Shown: in pieces, positions 32,548 to 42,327 of the stretch | Layout: the number at the start of each line of letters is the position of its first letter | How positions within the stretch are numbered: position 1 is the stretch's first letter | Source of the DNA: a virus | Strand: one strand, 5' to 3' | IMG/VR virus record: IMGVR_UViG_3300045988_170019 | Span: 1-60,535 of that record | DNA length: 60,535 nucleotides | The notes under the pieces: model-generated | The model's database searches: none | Told to the model about the DNA's origin: nothing | The model's input: only the letters and a program-made list of their open reading frames with translations | Made by a program: the position numbers and the translations under genes

Positions 32548-35500
32548 TTATCCTCTGCTGGTATCTCGTCCAATCTGCCGCACAATCTTGCTTACCGCCT
32601 TATTGGCAACAGCTTCCGGGTCCGGATTGGTAATGTCAAACTTGTTATTCATTGTAACCGGCGGGTTATCGCGCAGTGCCTTCAACTCATTCGCTACCTT
32701 TTCCAATCCATTTTGATTTTCATTAGCCTTCTTGGCGTCCATACTGGCAGCCGCAGAACTTACATAAGCATAAGCGGTATCAAGCCGCAAACCCGTATTC
32801 ATTCCGGTCGTCATGCCGTTCAACTGTGCAACACCATTTTTTACAGCATCCAAGTCCACAATTGGGCGGATAATCGGTGTCAGATCAATTCCGTCAAACA
32901 TCCCTCGGATTCCATAAATACTATTTTGTGCAGCATTTACAGTTTCACTCGCGGTTCGTTTAGCAGCTTCTTTTGCCACTCGCCCATACTTCAGTATGCC
33001 TTCTGCCAGTCCTTTATCGGTTTGCATACCAATCCAGGCAAATTTTTTACTGGGGCTGTGTACATCAAGGGTATCACAAGCCGCACGGTATGCTTCCAAA
33101 GCAATGTTACTTGCTGCCGTAATAGCATCCATCTTGGCATCTTTCATACCTTTAACAAATCCAGCAATCACATAGCTGCCAGCATTTGCAAAATCGTCAT
33201 ACCGATTACTCATAGCAGTAATCATCTCATCGCAAACACTGCTGATGTATTTGCCAAAGTCTTCTTTACGGCTATTCAAATATTCAATGGCCGCATTCAA
33301 CATCCCTTCAAAAGCCTGAATCACAACCGTCTGGTCTGTACCAATTTGTGTTGCCATATCTCCAATAATGTTGGTAATCGTCTGCTGTGCAGTCAATGTA
33401 ACATTAGGCGCTTTATTTGTAATCCCAAGCATCAGCCTGTCAATCATCGTTTCGCCGGTCTTTTGCATGTTGGAATAAAGCAACTCCAGATTGTTGTACA
33501 TGCTGTCATCAACGCTGAACAAATCTTGCATAGCTTGGCCCATGGTCCAAAGCTGACTTACATTTTTGCCGTCCAACAGGTCAACAATGTCAACAAGTCC
33601 TTTTATGCCGTTTATTGCAAACATCAACTTTTTGGGGTCCATGTTACAAATGTTATTATAATATATTTTAAAATTTGCACCAAAATCGGCCAAGTTCTTG
33701 CCAAATGTTCCGATGTTGTTATCACCGCTAAACAAACTAACCAATCCGCCAGAATTGGGAATTGCATTTGAAAGTTCAATAATAGTATTTGCCGCAGCAC
33801 TAGACCCAGCCAAACGGTCTTCAGTAATTCCTTCAATATAACTAGCATATTGAGCAAAATTCTCGCCAAATATCGCCAACTGTGAACCAAAAGTATCAAG
33901 ATTCTGATTACCAACGAGTGACTGCAAAAAGCCACCACTTCTATTTATAGCATCAGCAAAATCAGTAATGGTCTTTGCCGCCGCACTTGTCGCAGTAACA
34001 ACCTCCGTATCAATTCCGGCTACGGATTCTGCATAGGTTGCAAAATATCCACCAAAACTCGCTAGCCCTTGCCCGAAGCTATCCAGGTTTTTAGAGCCGA
34101 AAAATTCTTGCAGCATTCCTCCGGTAGCTGGTATCTTCGTAGCAAACTCTGCTACAGTGTCCATAGCATCGGTCAGTTTCGTTACCTTATTTACGTCGGT
34201 AATGCTCACGCTCTTCATGTTCGTACTAAGGGCATCGAAGCCAAGGCTAATCTGGTTCAAAGCATCTTTAAACCATTCATATCCATTTTGATTGTTCAGC
34301 CCGCTCAATGCATTGCCGATCTGAGCCGCTCCCAACGTGGTAACTAAATCGACCAAATTTTTAACGCCATCGATTTTACTGCTGTCCACTTTGTCCAGCA
34401 TATCAATAAAATTCGCAGAGTTTTTGGCAAAAGCACTCAGGTTTTCACCAATTCGGCCAAATCCATCCGTCAGTCCGGCACTGAAATTACCAATAAAACC
34501 ACCAATAGCAGAACCAAGATGGTCCATAAAATTGACAAAGCGGTCCATATTGGCCCCATCTTCGTCCACATATTGCAGAACAAAGCCAATACCTTCCATC
34601 GCTCCAGCCATAACGGTCATAAACGCGGTCATATTTGCAGCGGCATTAAGAGCACCAGTAAATGGAATATTATTCAGTATTACCATTGCACCACTCATTG
34701 CAAGCAATAGCAAACTTAAACTCTCAGCAATCGGTAATAATCGACTGGTATTTTTAATTTTGTCTTGCATAACATAGAGTAAATATCCCAGCGCCGCAAC
34801 AGCAGCAGTAATCAACACAAGTCCAGCTTTTGATTTTCCCGCAAACTGGCTCATGCCCATCACAATACCAAGGCAAACCATTAGCTTACTCAAAGCATTA
34901 GTTGCATTATCCAGCTCTTCAGAATCCATCAAACTCATCGCAAACATTACTGCCGCAATTCCGGCAACAACAACGCCGATAGATAGGATTACTTTCTCAC
35001 TTCCCTTTGCAAACTGACTCACAGCCATCATGCCACTTAATAGTCCAGTAATAACTGTCAAACAAGCAAGTGCGTTTCCAAGTTTGCTTTGATCGAGCGC
35101 AGTCAATATTGCTACTGATCCAGCTACCAAAAGTAAACTGGCACTCATCGCGGCAATACCACCGCCGGCTTTAAGCATATTATCCCCGGCGAATTTACTA
35201 AAATACATAAAGGCATCAAACAAACCGCTTACTGCTGCAACAAATGCCGTTCCAATCACAACATCTTCTGGATTCAATTCGCTCAACTGCCGGAATGCTT
35301 CCAAAATAACCAATAGACTGGCACTCATCATCAAAATTGCAGCGCCACCTTTACTCGCATTCGGACCAACTTTTCCACTAGCGGCCATTAAACCCGCAAA
35401 AGTTCCAAATACAATAACAAAACTTGAAAGATTTTCTTTAATACTTGTTAAATCAAGAGCAGCAATCTCTTCAAACAAACTAATGAAATATTTTAATCCA

Positions 35501-38500
35501 AAAGAAAGAGCCAAAATGCTTAAAGCTCCGCCAACACTTCCTTTTCCAGCCAAACTTGCTGTAATGGCAAGCGTACCCATTAAAAGCGCTATTTTCTTTA
35601 TACTATTCGTTAGATCGTCGATATTATATTTTTCCAAACCATTTAAGCTACTTAGCACAATTTTAAGTGCCAACGCAGTTGCAATTAACTGGAGCGCCGT
35701 TCCGGTACTTCCTGCACCAATAAATTTATTTATAGAATTTAGTCCAGCCATAAACGCTACTAAAGCCCCAGAAATAGCACCAAGTACAGATATTCGTTTT
35801 AATAGGGTTTCACCTTCTAAACCTTCTAAATCTTTTAAGGCTTTAACAATCATTAAAACGGATGCGCTCAAAGCAACAACGGTTAAACCGAACCCTTTCG
35901 GATTTGCAATTCTTCCCGTTTTTTCCAAAATTCCCATTGTTGCAATAAGTGCGGTCAATCCAAGAGCCAAACTGCTTAAAGCCGAAACAGATGTAAGTAA
36001 TTTATTTTGGTCAACAAACGTCAACGCAATCAAACTGCCTGCTAAAATTGCAATAGCGCCAGCGATCTTTAACAGGTTTCCTGCCATTATTTGCTTTTGG
36101 TATGCTACAAGCACATTTTTAAATTCCCGCAAAACACCAATAGCAGTATCTTTAACGCTATCAGTTGCCTTACCTACTTTACCAAATACAATGCTCAAGT
36201 CGTACAATGTTTTCAGCACACCACCGCTTACCAAAATTCCAATAAATTTAGTAAGCCCAAATTTGCTAATTTTTGTATTTGCGGTGCTAAAAAGTCCGCC
36301 TAAAAACTCGTCTGCCGCTTTTTTAGCTTCTTCAAATTTGTTTTTTGCCAGTCCGATCGTGTTATCAATATTTGTTTTAAATCCGGTTAAATTTCCAGTA
36401 AATTGTTCCCATTTCTGATTTAAAGTATCAAGGGCCTGTCCGCCGCTAATTTTTAAATTCTCAAACAGCTGAATAATATCGTCAAAAGTAATTCCGTCAG
36501 TGCTTGTCAATTTTTCAAAAAATTCTTCTAATGCCGGGCTAAACTCGTCGATCAGCTCTTTTCCAGTTTTTAGCCCTTCCTGGAATATTTCACTTAACTT
36601 TTTAAATCCATTTTGAACGGTGGGCAGCTCTTTAAAACTGTTAAACCATTTCTTTCCAGTCTCAACGGCAAGTCTCAGAATATTTCGTACTGCATTAATG
36701 CTTTTTTGCAAAACTTGGTGTTCTGTCGCCAAGCTTTTCACCTTGGTAATACCATTTACCAAAAAGCCCGTACCCTTATCAATCACCGCATTCAGTTTAG
36801 TATTGGTATTCAGCCACTCCCGCAGCCCAACAATGTGGTTCCCAATATTGCTGGTGTAATCCAACATATTCAGATTCACATCGCCAATCAAAGCGTTCAA
36901 GACTTTAAGCCCGCTTTTTGTTAATTTAGTTACCGCATCCTTTACAATACCCAAAACACTGGATAACCCTTTTAGGGTCTGCTTCAATTTATCAGCATTA
37001 TCATCGCTTAAAACCAGCTTTTCGCTCAGCTTCTCAATTCGCTGCATAAGTTTATAAACTTGGTCGGCGGTAACCGGCGGGAACACATCATCCCAACTTC
37101 CCTTTACAATGTCCATCTGCTGCTTTACCATCTGCAACGCATTAGCAGCACTCTGGATCATCAGTTCCCGTCCGCTCGGTCTGTCAAGTTCAGCTATCAA
37201 CTCGTTTAGCGGCGTTCCGGTCTCTTCAGCCTGCTTTGCCAATTCCTGCAAAGCTTTCGACTGCTCATCAGTAACGCCAACGGCTTTTAACTGCTCTTCA
37301 GTCAAGTCTTCAACGGTCAACTTGGTTCCAGCTAAAACTTTATTTACCATTCCCTGGATTTGGGCGTAGTCGTATCCGGCTTCTTCCAGCGCCTTCTTTC
37401 GGGCAGCACCGTTTCCGTAGTTGCCTTTAATAACCTTTGTTGCCAAATCGTTAAATTCGGCCAGTTTATCATTTACACTTTCTGTGCTTGTAACAACCTC
37501 GCCATTATATTTAGCCAACGTCTCCTTGACCAAATCAACGGTAAGCCATCCTTTTTTTAGTGTTGCCTGAAAGTCTCCCTCCTGGGCAATCATTTCATCA
37601 ATCGCAACACCGTGTGCTTTTGCGGTTTGGGTTACAGCCTCACGGAACGCATCTCCGCCAATTCCATTTTGAAATAATTTACTCCAGGCCGTTTCATCAA
37701 TCGATGCCGTATTAGCGGCAAAAACTTCTTCCAAAAAGTTATTTCGGTCTTCCGCTCCGCCAGCAAAAATATCATAAAGATCATTTGCTAAATCGGTCCA
37801 CATATTCTTGGCTTCTTCATAATTACCAAAAATAATTTCAAACGTATTGGCCCATCCGGTGCTCACTGCATCCTTCACGGAATTAATCGCATCCGTAAAC
37901 GTCTTTGCTTCCTGTGCTGCCTTAAAAGCTCGCTCACCAAGGTTCATGGTTTCGCCATTTACCTGCTCCATTGCCTGCGCACAGGTCAATCCCTTTTCGG
38001 TAGCAACAGTATAAACTTGATCAGCATATTCTCCGTATTTATTTAACGTTTTCAGCAGTACGTCACTTGTAAACCAGGCTTCAGACAAAGTGGAGGCGAA
38101 ATTCTCAACCGTAACAGCGGTACCATTTGCTGTTTTGCCCTGTGCATTCAATTCGCCAAGAGCTTTTGCGGTCTCAATCGCCGTTTCCTTAAATTCCTTG
38201 GTGGCCATGTTAGCATTTTCAACGCTCTTCCAATCCATCAATTTAACAGCGCCAACACCGATCGCCTGGCTCAGGTTATACATGGCACGGCTTGCTTCGT
38301 TTACACCCTGTCCGCTAATGGCCGCCCAGTTGGCAATACCCTCCATTGCAGTAACACTGGTATCCAGATCAATGCCCATAGAGGTAAATTTACCGATATT
38401 AGCAATCATATCAGTAAAGTTATAGCTGGTCTCATCCGTAAACCAATTTAGCTTCGCCAGCTTCTCACTAACGGAATCAATGCTTTCCCCTGTAGCATTT

Positions 38501-38871
38501 ACAATAGTCTGAACTGAGGTCGTCTTTTGTTCATATTTCCCAAATCCTTCCGCAATCTGGTCCAGGCTCAAAGATTTTACCAGGTTTTCGCCGGTTGTAA
38601 TCGCCTGGTTGGTAATTCGCTGCAAAGCAGTAATGCCCATAATTTCAAGGGCTGTAAACTTCTGCTGTACAGCCTCAATTCCGCTGGCAACGCCATCCAG
38701 GCTAAAATTTTTACCAGCATCACTCAAAGCGGTCAAGTTTTTTGCACTTTCTCGCAAATCCAGGCTTTTGTCCAGTTTATCCAGTGTTTCAATACTTTGT
38801 TTTGCTCCGCGTTCAAACTGACCATTGTCAAATTGCATTTCTACAATTCGCTGATCGATACTTGTGCTCAT
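32548..38871 (-). CDS. tape measure protein (about 2107 aa)
   Basis: Very long Ala/Gly/Leu-rich helical protein with a central block of hydrophobic helices. Sits between the chaperones and Dit. Start set at the ATGA overlap with the upstream stop. Confidence 0.85.
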   Translation of the reverse strand: MSTSIDQRIVEMQFDNGQFERGAKQSIETLDKLDKSLDLRESAKNLTALSDAGKNFSLDGVASGIEAVQQKFTALEIMGITALQRITNQAITTGENLVKSLSLDQIAEGFGKYEQKTTSVQTIVNATGESIDSVSEKLAKLNWFTDETSYNFTDMIANIGKFTSMGIDLDTSVTAMEGIANWAAISGQGVNEASRAMYNLSQAIGVGAVKLMDWKSVENANMATKEFKETAIETAKALGELNAQGKTANGTAVTVENFASTLSEAWFTSDVLLKTLNKYGEYADQVYTVATEKGLTCAQAMEQVNGETMNLGERAFKAAQEAKTFTDAINSVKDAVSTGWANTFEIIFGNYEEAKNMWTDLANDLYDIFAGGAEDRNNFLEEVFAANTASIDETAWSKLFQNGIGGDAFREAVTQTAKAHGVAIDEMIAQEGDFQATLKKGWLTVDLVKETLAKYNGEVVTSTESVNDKLAEFNDLATKVIKGNYGNGAARKKALEEAGYDYAQIQGMVNKVLAGTKLTVEDLTEEQLKAVGVTDEQSKALQELAKQAEETGTPLNELIAELDRPSGRELMIQSAANALQMVKQQMDIVKGSWDDVFPPVTADQVYKLMQRIEKLSEKLVLSDDNADKLKQTLKGLSSVLGIVKDAVTKLTKSGLKVLNALIGDVNLNMLDYTSNIGNHIVGLREWLNTNTKLNAVIDKGTGFLVNGITKVKSLATEHQVLQKSINAVRNILRLAVETGKKWFNSFKELPTVQNGFKKLSEIFQEGLKTGKELIDEFSPALEEFFEKLTSTDGITFDDIIQLFENLKISGGQALDTLNQKWEQFTGNLTGFKTNIDNTIGLAKNKFEEAKKAADEFLGGLFSTANTKISKFGLTKFIGILVSGGVLKTLYDLSIVFGKVGKATDSVKDTAIGVLREFKNVLVAYQKQIMAGNLLKIAGAIAILAGSLIALTFVDQNKLLTSVSALSSLALGLTALIATMGILEKTGRIANPKGFGLTVVALSASVLMIVKALKDLEGLEGETLLKRISVLGAISGALVAFMAGLNSINKFIGAGSTGTALQLIATALALKIVLSSLNGLEKYNIDDLTNSIKKIALLMGTLAITASLAGKGSVGGALSILALSFGLKYFISLFEEIAALDLTSIKENLSSFVIVFGTFAGLMAASGKVGPNASKGGAAILMMSASLLVILEAFRQLSELNPEDVVIGTAFVAAVSGLFDAFMYFSKFAGDNMLKAGGGIAAMSASLLLVAGSVAILTALDQSKLGNALACLTVITGLLSGMMAVSQFAKGSEKVILSIGVVVAGIAAVMFAMSLMDSEELDNATNALSKLMVCLGIVMGMSQFAGKSKAGLVLITAAVAALGYLLYVMQDKIKNTSRLLPIAESLSLLLLAMSGAMVILNNIPFTGALNAAANMTAFMTVMAGAMEGIGFVLQYVDEDGANMDRFVNFMDHLGSAIGGFIGNFSAGLTDGFGRIGENLSAFAKNSANFIDMLDKVDSSKIDGVKNLVDLVTTLGAAQIGNALSGLNNQNGYEWFKDALNQISLGFDALSTNMKSVSITDVNKVTKLTDAMDTVAEFATKIPATGGMLQEFFGSKNLDSFGQGLASFGGYFATYAESVAGIDTEVVTATSAAAKTITDFADAINRSGGFLQSLVGNQNLDTFGSQLAIFGENFAQYASYIEGITEDRLAGSSAAANTIIELSNAIPNSGGLVSLFSGDNNIGTFGKNLADFGANFKIYYNNICNMDPKKLMFAINGIKGLVDIVDLLDGKNVSQLWTMGQAMQDLFSVDDSMYNNLELLYSNMQKTGETMIDRLMLGITNKAPNVTLTAQQTITNIIGDMATQIGTDQTVVIQAFEGMLNAAIEYLNSRKEDFGKYISSVCDEMITAMSNRYDDFANAGSYVIAGFVKGMKDAKMDAITAASNIALEAYRAACDTLDVHSPSKKFAWIGMQTDKGLAEGILKYGRVAKEAAKRTASETVNAAQNSIYGIRGMFDGIDLTPIIRPIVDLDAVKNGVAQLNGMTTGMNTGLRLDTAYAYVSSAAASMDAKKANENQNGLEKVANELKALRDNPPVTMNNKFDITNPDPEAVANKAVSKIVRQIGRDTSRG

Positions 38872-39245
38872 TCCTTCACCACCTCTTGCCATGCCTCATC
38901 CGCCATTTTTTCAAACACCGGCCGCAGCGCAGGGTTAATATAATCAATTCCTTGCACATATCCGCCATTTCTTGTTCCATGCCCGTATTGCAGCAGTAAG
39001 GCAACACTAACTCCATGGTTCAAGTTTGTATTGTTAAATCCAATCGTATAGCCGGTTTGGGTCTGTTCAATTTCATATTCCCAACTTCCAGCTGTTTTTC
39101 CGGTGTCTTTTGGCGTTGCTGCACTCAGGGCATCCACACCCCGTTGTCCATATTTCTTCAAAACGTCCCGGTAATTCCGGCGCACAATTCGTTCCAAGAA
39201 GTTTCTTGTCTTTTTCAAATCCCCTCTATGCCGTATTACCACCAT
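38868..39245 (-). CDS. HK97 gp10-like tail-component protein
   Basis: DALSAATPKDTGKTAGSW resembles the gp10-family A..P..TG.L..S block. Start ATG lies inside a late-junction motif. Confidence 0.35.
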   Translation of the reverse strand: MVVIRHRGDLKKTRNFLERIVRRNYRDVLKKYGQRGVDALSAATPKDTGKTAGSWEYEIEQTQTGYTIGFNNTNLNHGVSVALLLQYGHGTRNGGYVQGIDYINPALRPVFEKMADEAWQEVVKE

Positions 39246-39255
39246 TTTGATTTTT
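39242..39255 (-). promoter_or_regulatory. Late-junction motif copy (AAATCAAAATGG)
   Basis: Minus strand: GAGGAAAAATCAAAATGGTG. Its ATG is the start codon of 38868..39245. Confidence 0.5.
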
Positions 39256-39257
39256 CC

Positions 39258-39887
39258 TCACCGATATTCCGCTTTATATAGTCCCGTACTCACAAGCCCC
39301 AGTTCATTTGCCAAATCGTAAAACTTCATCGCATCTCCGCTGCTGACCGGTCCAATCGTCAATAGCTGCATCGTTCGGTTTGCTGTAGGCGCACTTTCTC
39401 GTTTCACGCTTACATAACTCCCTAACCGGTTCTTGGGTACCTTGCTGGTAAAATCATCGTCCAACCAATTCAACGGATGGACTCTCTGGCCTTTGTACCG
39501 CACTTCAAAGTGCAAATGCGGCCCGTAGCAATTCCCCGTCTGCCCGCTGTAGCCAATCAGGTCTCCCTCTTTTACTTTCTGACCTTTCGTTACCACAATT
39601 TTGCTCAAATGAGCGTACAAAGTTTCCAAGTTTCCGCCTTTATAAGCATCATGGCTGAGTTTTACCATATTGCCGTAACTATTGGTATTTCCTTGGGTTA
39701 CTTTACCATTCCAGTGGTAACAAATGCTAACCATTCCATCCTCGGCAGCATAAACAGGGGTTCCAACCGGCGTGTCGCCAAAATCAATAGCCCGGTGCAA
39801 AATTCCACTGTTATACCACCAGCCAGCGCTGATTACATGCTTTTTCAGCGGCCAACTCAGCAACACATCACCATTACTCAGTCTCAT
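39258..39887 (-). CDS. M23-family peptidoglycan metallopeptidase
   Basis: HRAIDF, GYSGQTGNCYGPHLHFEV and related blocks match the M23 H.xxD / HxH signature. Confidence 0.8.
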   Translation of the reverse strand: MRLSNGDVLLSWPLKKHVISAGWWYNSGILHRAIDFGDTPVGTPVYAAEDGMVSICYHWNGKVTQGNTNSYGNMVKLSHDAYKGGNLETLYAHLSKIVVTKGQKVKEGDLIGYSGQTGNCYGPHLHFEVRYKGQRVHPLNWLDDDFTSKVPKNRLGSYVSVKRESAPTANRTMQLLTIGPVSSGDAMKFYDLANELGLVSTGLYKAEYR

Positions 39888-39913
39888 TTTTCCACTCCTT
39901 TTCTAAAGGGGAA

Positions 39914-40456
39914 TCAACCCTTTGTATGCAGCATTGCTTTTCTCTTCTCGTTCAGTTCCCGGTTCTGCCTCAAAATTTCATTCTGGCTCATTTTCTTCTT
40001 CGGCGCGTTCTCCAGGTTACAAGTCTTAATCAGCGCGATTAACCGGTTTAAATGCCAATATTCAGCTTCCCAGTTAATGTTCAGCGCGGTCATGTAATAA
40101 TAAAGCAGCTCGCTTGTGATCCGTTTTTGCTGGATTTTTCCTTTATGCCGGTCGTTTTTAAAAACGCTTGCAGTCATCGGGTCATCAATATATAAATTAA
40201 TCCGCCGCAGTTCATCCATTGGTAAAGCGCCGATAATCGTTACATCATCGGGTTCTACTTGGCACATGCATCGGATATAATCCAACGTTTCTTCAATTGA
40301 TTTTTCTTTTCCATCAAAAAACGGTTTTTTCCATTTTGATTCCCACTTAGAAAGGGAGACAAGGTTATGCTCCAAAATCAACTCCGTTTCCGGAACATCA
40401 ACAAACGTTTCACCATTCCATGCCCCTTCAATTTTTGGAATCTTTACTTTAAGCAT
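39914..40456 (-). CDS. tail assembly chaperone-like protein (Gp15-like)
   Basis: Lies between the major tail protein and the tape measure. LSKWESKW.KPF...ITSELLYYYM..LNINWE.EYWHLNRLIALI pattern. Confidence 0.45.
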   Translation of the reverse strand: MLKVKIPKIEGAWNGETFVDVPETELILEHNLVSLSKWESKWKKPFFDGKEKSIEETLDYIRCMCQVEPDDVTIIGALPMDELRRINLYIDDPMTASVFKNDRHKGKIQQKRITSELLYYYMTALNINWEAEYWHLNRLIALIKTCNLENAPKKKMSQNEILRQNRELNEKRKAMLHTKG

Positions 40457-40476
40457 TCCTTGTCCACCTCTTTTAA

Positions 40477-40905
40477 TTAACTCTGCGCAGGCAGTACAAT
40501 CGTGTTATTTTCGCCCTTCTTGGCATTGCGTTCCTCAGTGCGCTTCGTAACATCGGCCAACACATCATTAATAAACTCAGCCGAATAATTGGCATCGGTC
40601 ATAAAACGCAGCATCAATTCGTTATAAGCTTCAGTCTGCATAAACGCTTCGCTCAGCTCCTCACTCTTAATAAAACGTCTGCCATCAGGACTCTTCTCAC
40701 CATAACTTTTTGCAATCAAATCGTGGAAGCACGCCATGATCTGCTTGTTATCATTACTCTTCACAATTCGTTCAAGCATTTCTTTCATGCCACCATCCAC
40801 TCCATACTGGAGTGCGGTCAGTTCCGCTTCATTCAGATTAAAAAAGAAATCCTCAGTTCTGGTCACATTGTTATAGTCCGTGTAAGTAATTGTCTCTTTA
40901 CGCAT
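40477..40905 (-). CDS. tail assembly chaperone-like protein
   Basis: Small acidic protein directly after the major tail protein. Confidence 0.4.
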   Translation of the reverse strand: MRKETITYTDYNNVTRTEDFFFNLNEAELTALQYGVDGGMKEMLERIVKSNDNKQIMACFHDLIAKSYGEKSPDGRRFIKSEELSEAFMQTEAYNELMLRFMTDANYSAEFINDVLADVTKRTEERNAKKGENNTIVLPAQS

Positions 40906-40930
40906 GTGTTTATTCTCCTTTCAAAAAACT

Positions 40931-40945
40931 CCATTTTGATTTTTT
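40931..40945 (-). promoter_or_regulatory. Late-junction motif copy (AAATCAAAATGG)
   Basis: Minus strand: TGATAAAAAATCAAAATGGAG, between the major tail stop and the next SD. Confidence 0.5.
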
Positions 40946-40946
40946 A

Positions 40947-41615
40947 TCAGCCGCCGGAAGTCATCAAAGTCTTCACTTCATCCGGCAAGGGCAGTCGGGC
41001 AGCCGCAGTGCTAGAACCATACAAAATTGTTTCCAGAGCGGTCAGTTTAACCTTATCCGCCGTCCGGCTGTCAATGGTAATCAGGCTGGTCGGCTTAAAG
41101 CCCGCAACATTAACCGGGTTCGTGGTGTACTCCCAGCTAAACTGCACTGCATCGGGGTTATCGTTCTGGGTATCATAGCTGCGCTCGCTGGGGCTTGCCG
41201 TAGCGCCATATACCAGGTGCAGCTTGTATCCATCATCACTCTCGGTGCTGGTGTCGTTACCGATCTCGGTACGGTAGCAAAGGCCAAAAGTCTTGCGCTC
41301 CTGCTGGGCAACATGCACACCCTTTACTAGTTCACCGTTACCGTCACACTGGTTCCATTCGTCCGGGTAGGTATAAGCCTCGATCGTGCCACCAATTTCC
41401 TCGGTACTGCGCAGAGAAGCATATTTAATGTTATCCGCATAAATTGCATTCTCCTCAGCGCCACTGGGGGTTTCGGTCACATTGGTCAAACCATTCCAGG
41501 CAACACCATTGTCATATTTACCTTCATCGCTCAGTACGTACAGAACACCCTTGCTTACACCACTTTCATAAAAGTGCTCACCGGTCTTATCCCATTCCAA
41601 AGCTTGAGTCGCCAT
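40947..41615 (-). CDS. major tail protein
   Basis: 222 aa. Position matches, and the N-terminus MATQALEWDKTGEHFYESGVSKGVLYV resembles phi13-type major tail proteins. Confidence 0.6.
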   Translation of the reverse strand: MATQALEWDKTGEHFYESGVSKGVLYVLSDEGKYDNGVAWNGLTNVTETPSGAEENAIYADNIKYASLRSTEEIGGTIEAYTYPDEWNQCDGNGELVKGVHVAQQERKTFGLCYRTEIGNDTSTESDDGYKLHLVYGATASPSERSYDTQNDNPDAVQFSWEYTTNPVNVAGFKPTSLITIDSRTADKVKLTALETILYGSSTAAARLPLPDEVKTLMTSGG

Positions 41616-41629
41616 ATTCTATTCCTCCT

Positions 41630-41956
41630 CTAGTAATAAATTGTAAAAACATCATGGTGCAGCGTATCTGCCACATAATGCCGGTCGTAGCTGCAATAAG
41701 GCAGCGTCAACATTTTTGTAATAACCTCATCACAATCCGGATTCTTGCTGATATAAGTCACTTGATATCGCTGTTTAAATCGGTATGTCTTGTTATCGGC
41801 AAATAACTGGTTTCCGTTATCCCGGCTGTAAACAAAGCATGGATATTTCATCACAGTATTGGTCGGCGGTTGAAAATACACCCTGCAAGTTGAGCCGGAA
41901 TATGGGCATGCCAAAAATGTTGCCAACTGTTTTTGCAAATCAATTCGCGTTCCCAT
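41630..41956 (-). CDS. head-tail joining / tail completion protein
   Basis: Assigned by position between the capsid and major tail genes. Start moved from the TTG to the ATG. Confidence 0.4.
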   Translation of the reverse strand: MGTRIDLQKQLATFLACPYSGSTCRVYFQPPTNTVMKYPCFVYSRDNGNQLFADNKTYRFKQRYQVTYISKNPDCDEVITKMLTLPYCSYDRHYVADTLHHDVFTIYY

Positions 41957-42266
41957 CTTGGTATAGCCCCCCAATCGTCAGCTCAAGCCGCGGGTAATTC
42001 AGCTCAACATCACTGATTTGCCATTTATTGCCGTTAAATTCCACATACCTCATGTCTGCAAAATTCTCAAAAGCAAAGGCATCCGCTACAATGCTCAAAC
42101 TGTTCTGGATTGTAATGCTGTAATTCACTTCATTTGGCGTGTCGAGCCTGCGTTTTCTCCGCACCCAATCACCGTAATATTGCCGCACAGTGATCTTTTC
42201 TTCCCAAACCCCTGGCGCAGTTTCCTCCATCACCTGGTAACCGATTTCACCAAAAAACTTGCGCAT
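41940..42266 (-). CDS. head-tail adaptor protein
   Basis: Assigned by position immediately after the capsid gene. Confidence 0.4.
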   Translation of the reverse strand: MRKFFGEIGYQVMEETAPGVWEEKITVRQYYGDWVRRKRRLDTPNEVNYSITIQNSLSIVADAFAFENFADMRYVEFNGNKWQISDVELNYPRLELTIGGLYQDGNAN

Positions 42267-42284
42267 TCCCCTGGCTCCTCACTT

Positions 42285-42298
42285 CCATTTTGATTTTT
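42285..42298 (-). promoter_or_regulatory. Late-junction motif copy (AAATCAAAATGG)
   Basis: Minus strand: CCAAAAATCAAAATGGAAGTGAGGAG, between the capsid stop and the next gene. Confidence 0.5.
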
Positions 42299-42327
42299 GG
42301 TTAGTCTTAATTAACCAAAAGGCAAAC

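Noticed and set aside
32530-33771. 413-aa plus-strand ORF (also 35483..36418, 34337..34777 and 38090..38425) inside the tape-measure region
   Set aside because: These are antisense to a 6.3-kb minus-strand gene with clear tape-measure character. They have low-complexity, Cys/Ile/Asn-rich translations and no SD. They are typical shadow ORFs of a GC3-biased gene.
39914-40905. Programmed -1 frameshift (G/GT-type) between the two tail chaperone-like genes
   Set aside because: The two ORFs do not overlap. They are separated by 20 nt, and the second has its own SD (GAGGTGGACAAGGA) and ATG. I saw no slippery heptamer near the first stop.
41941-41957. TTCGCG-containing sequence resembling the promoter motif inside the late region
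   Set aside because: The position 14 nt downstream of CGCG reads AACAGT, which is not a -10-like hexamer. The AAATAAT block is missing, and the site lies in coding sequence.
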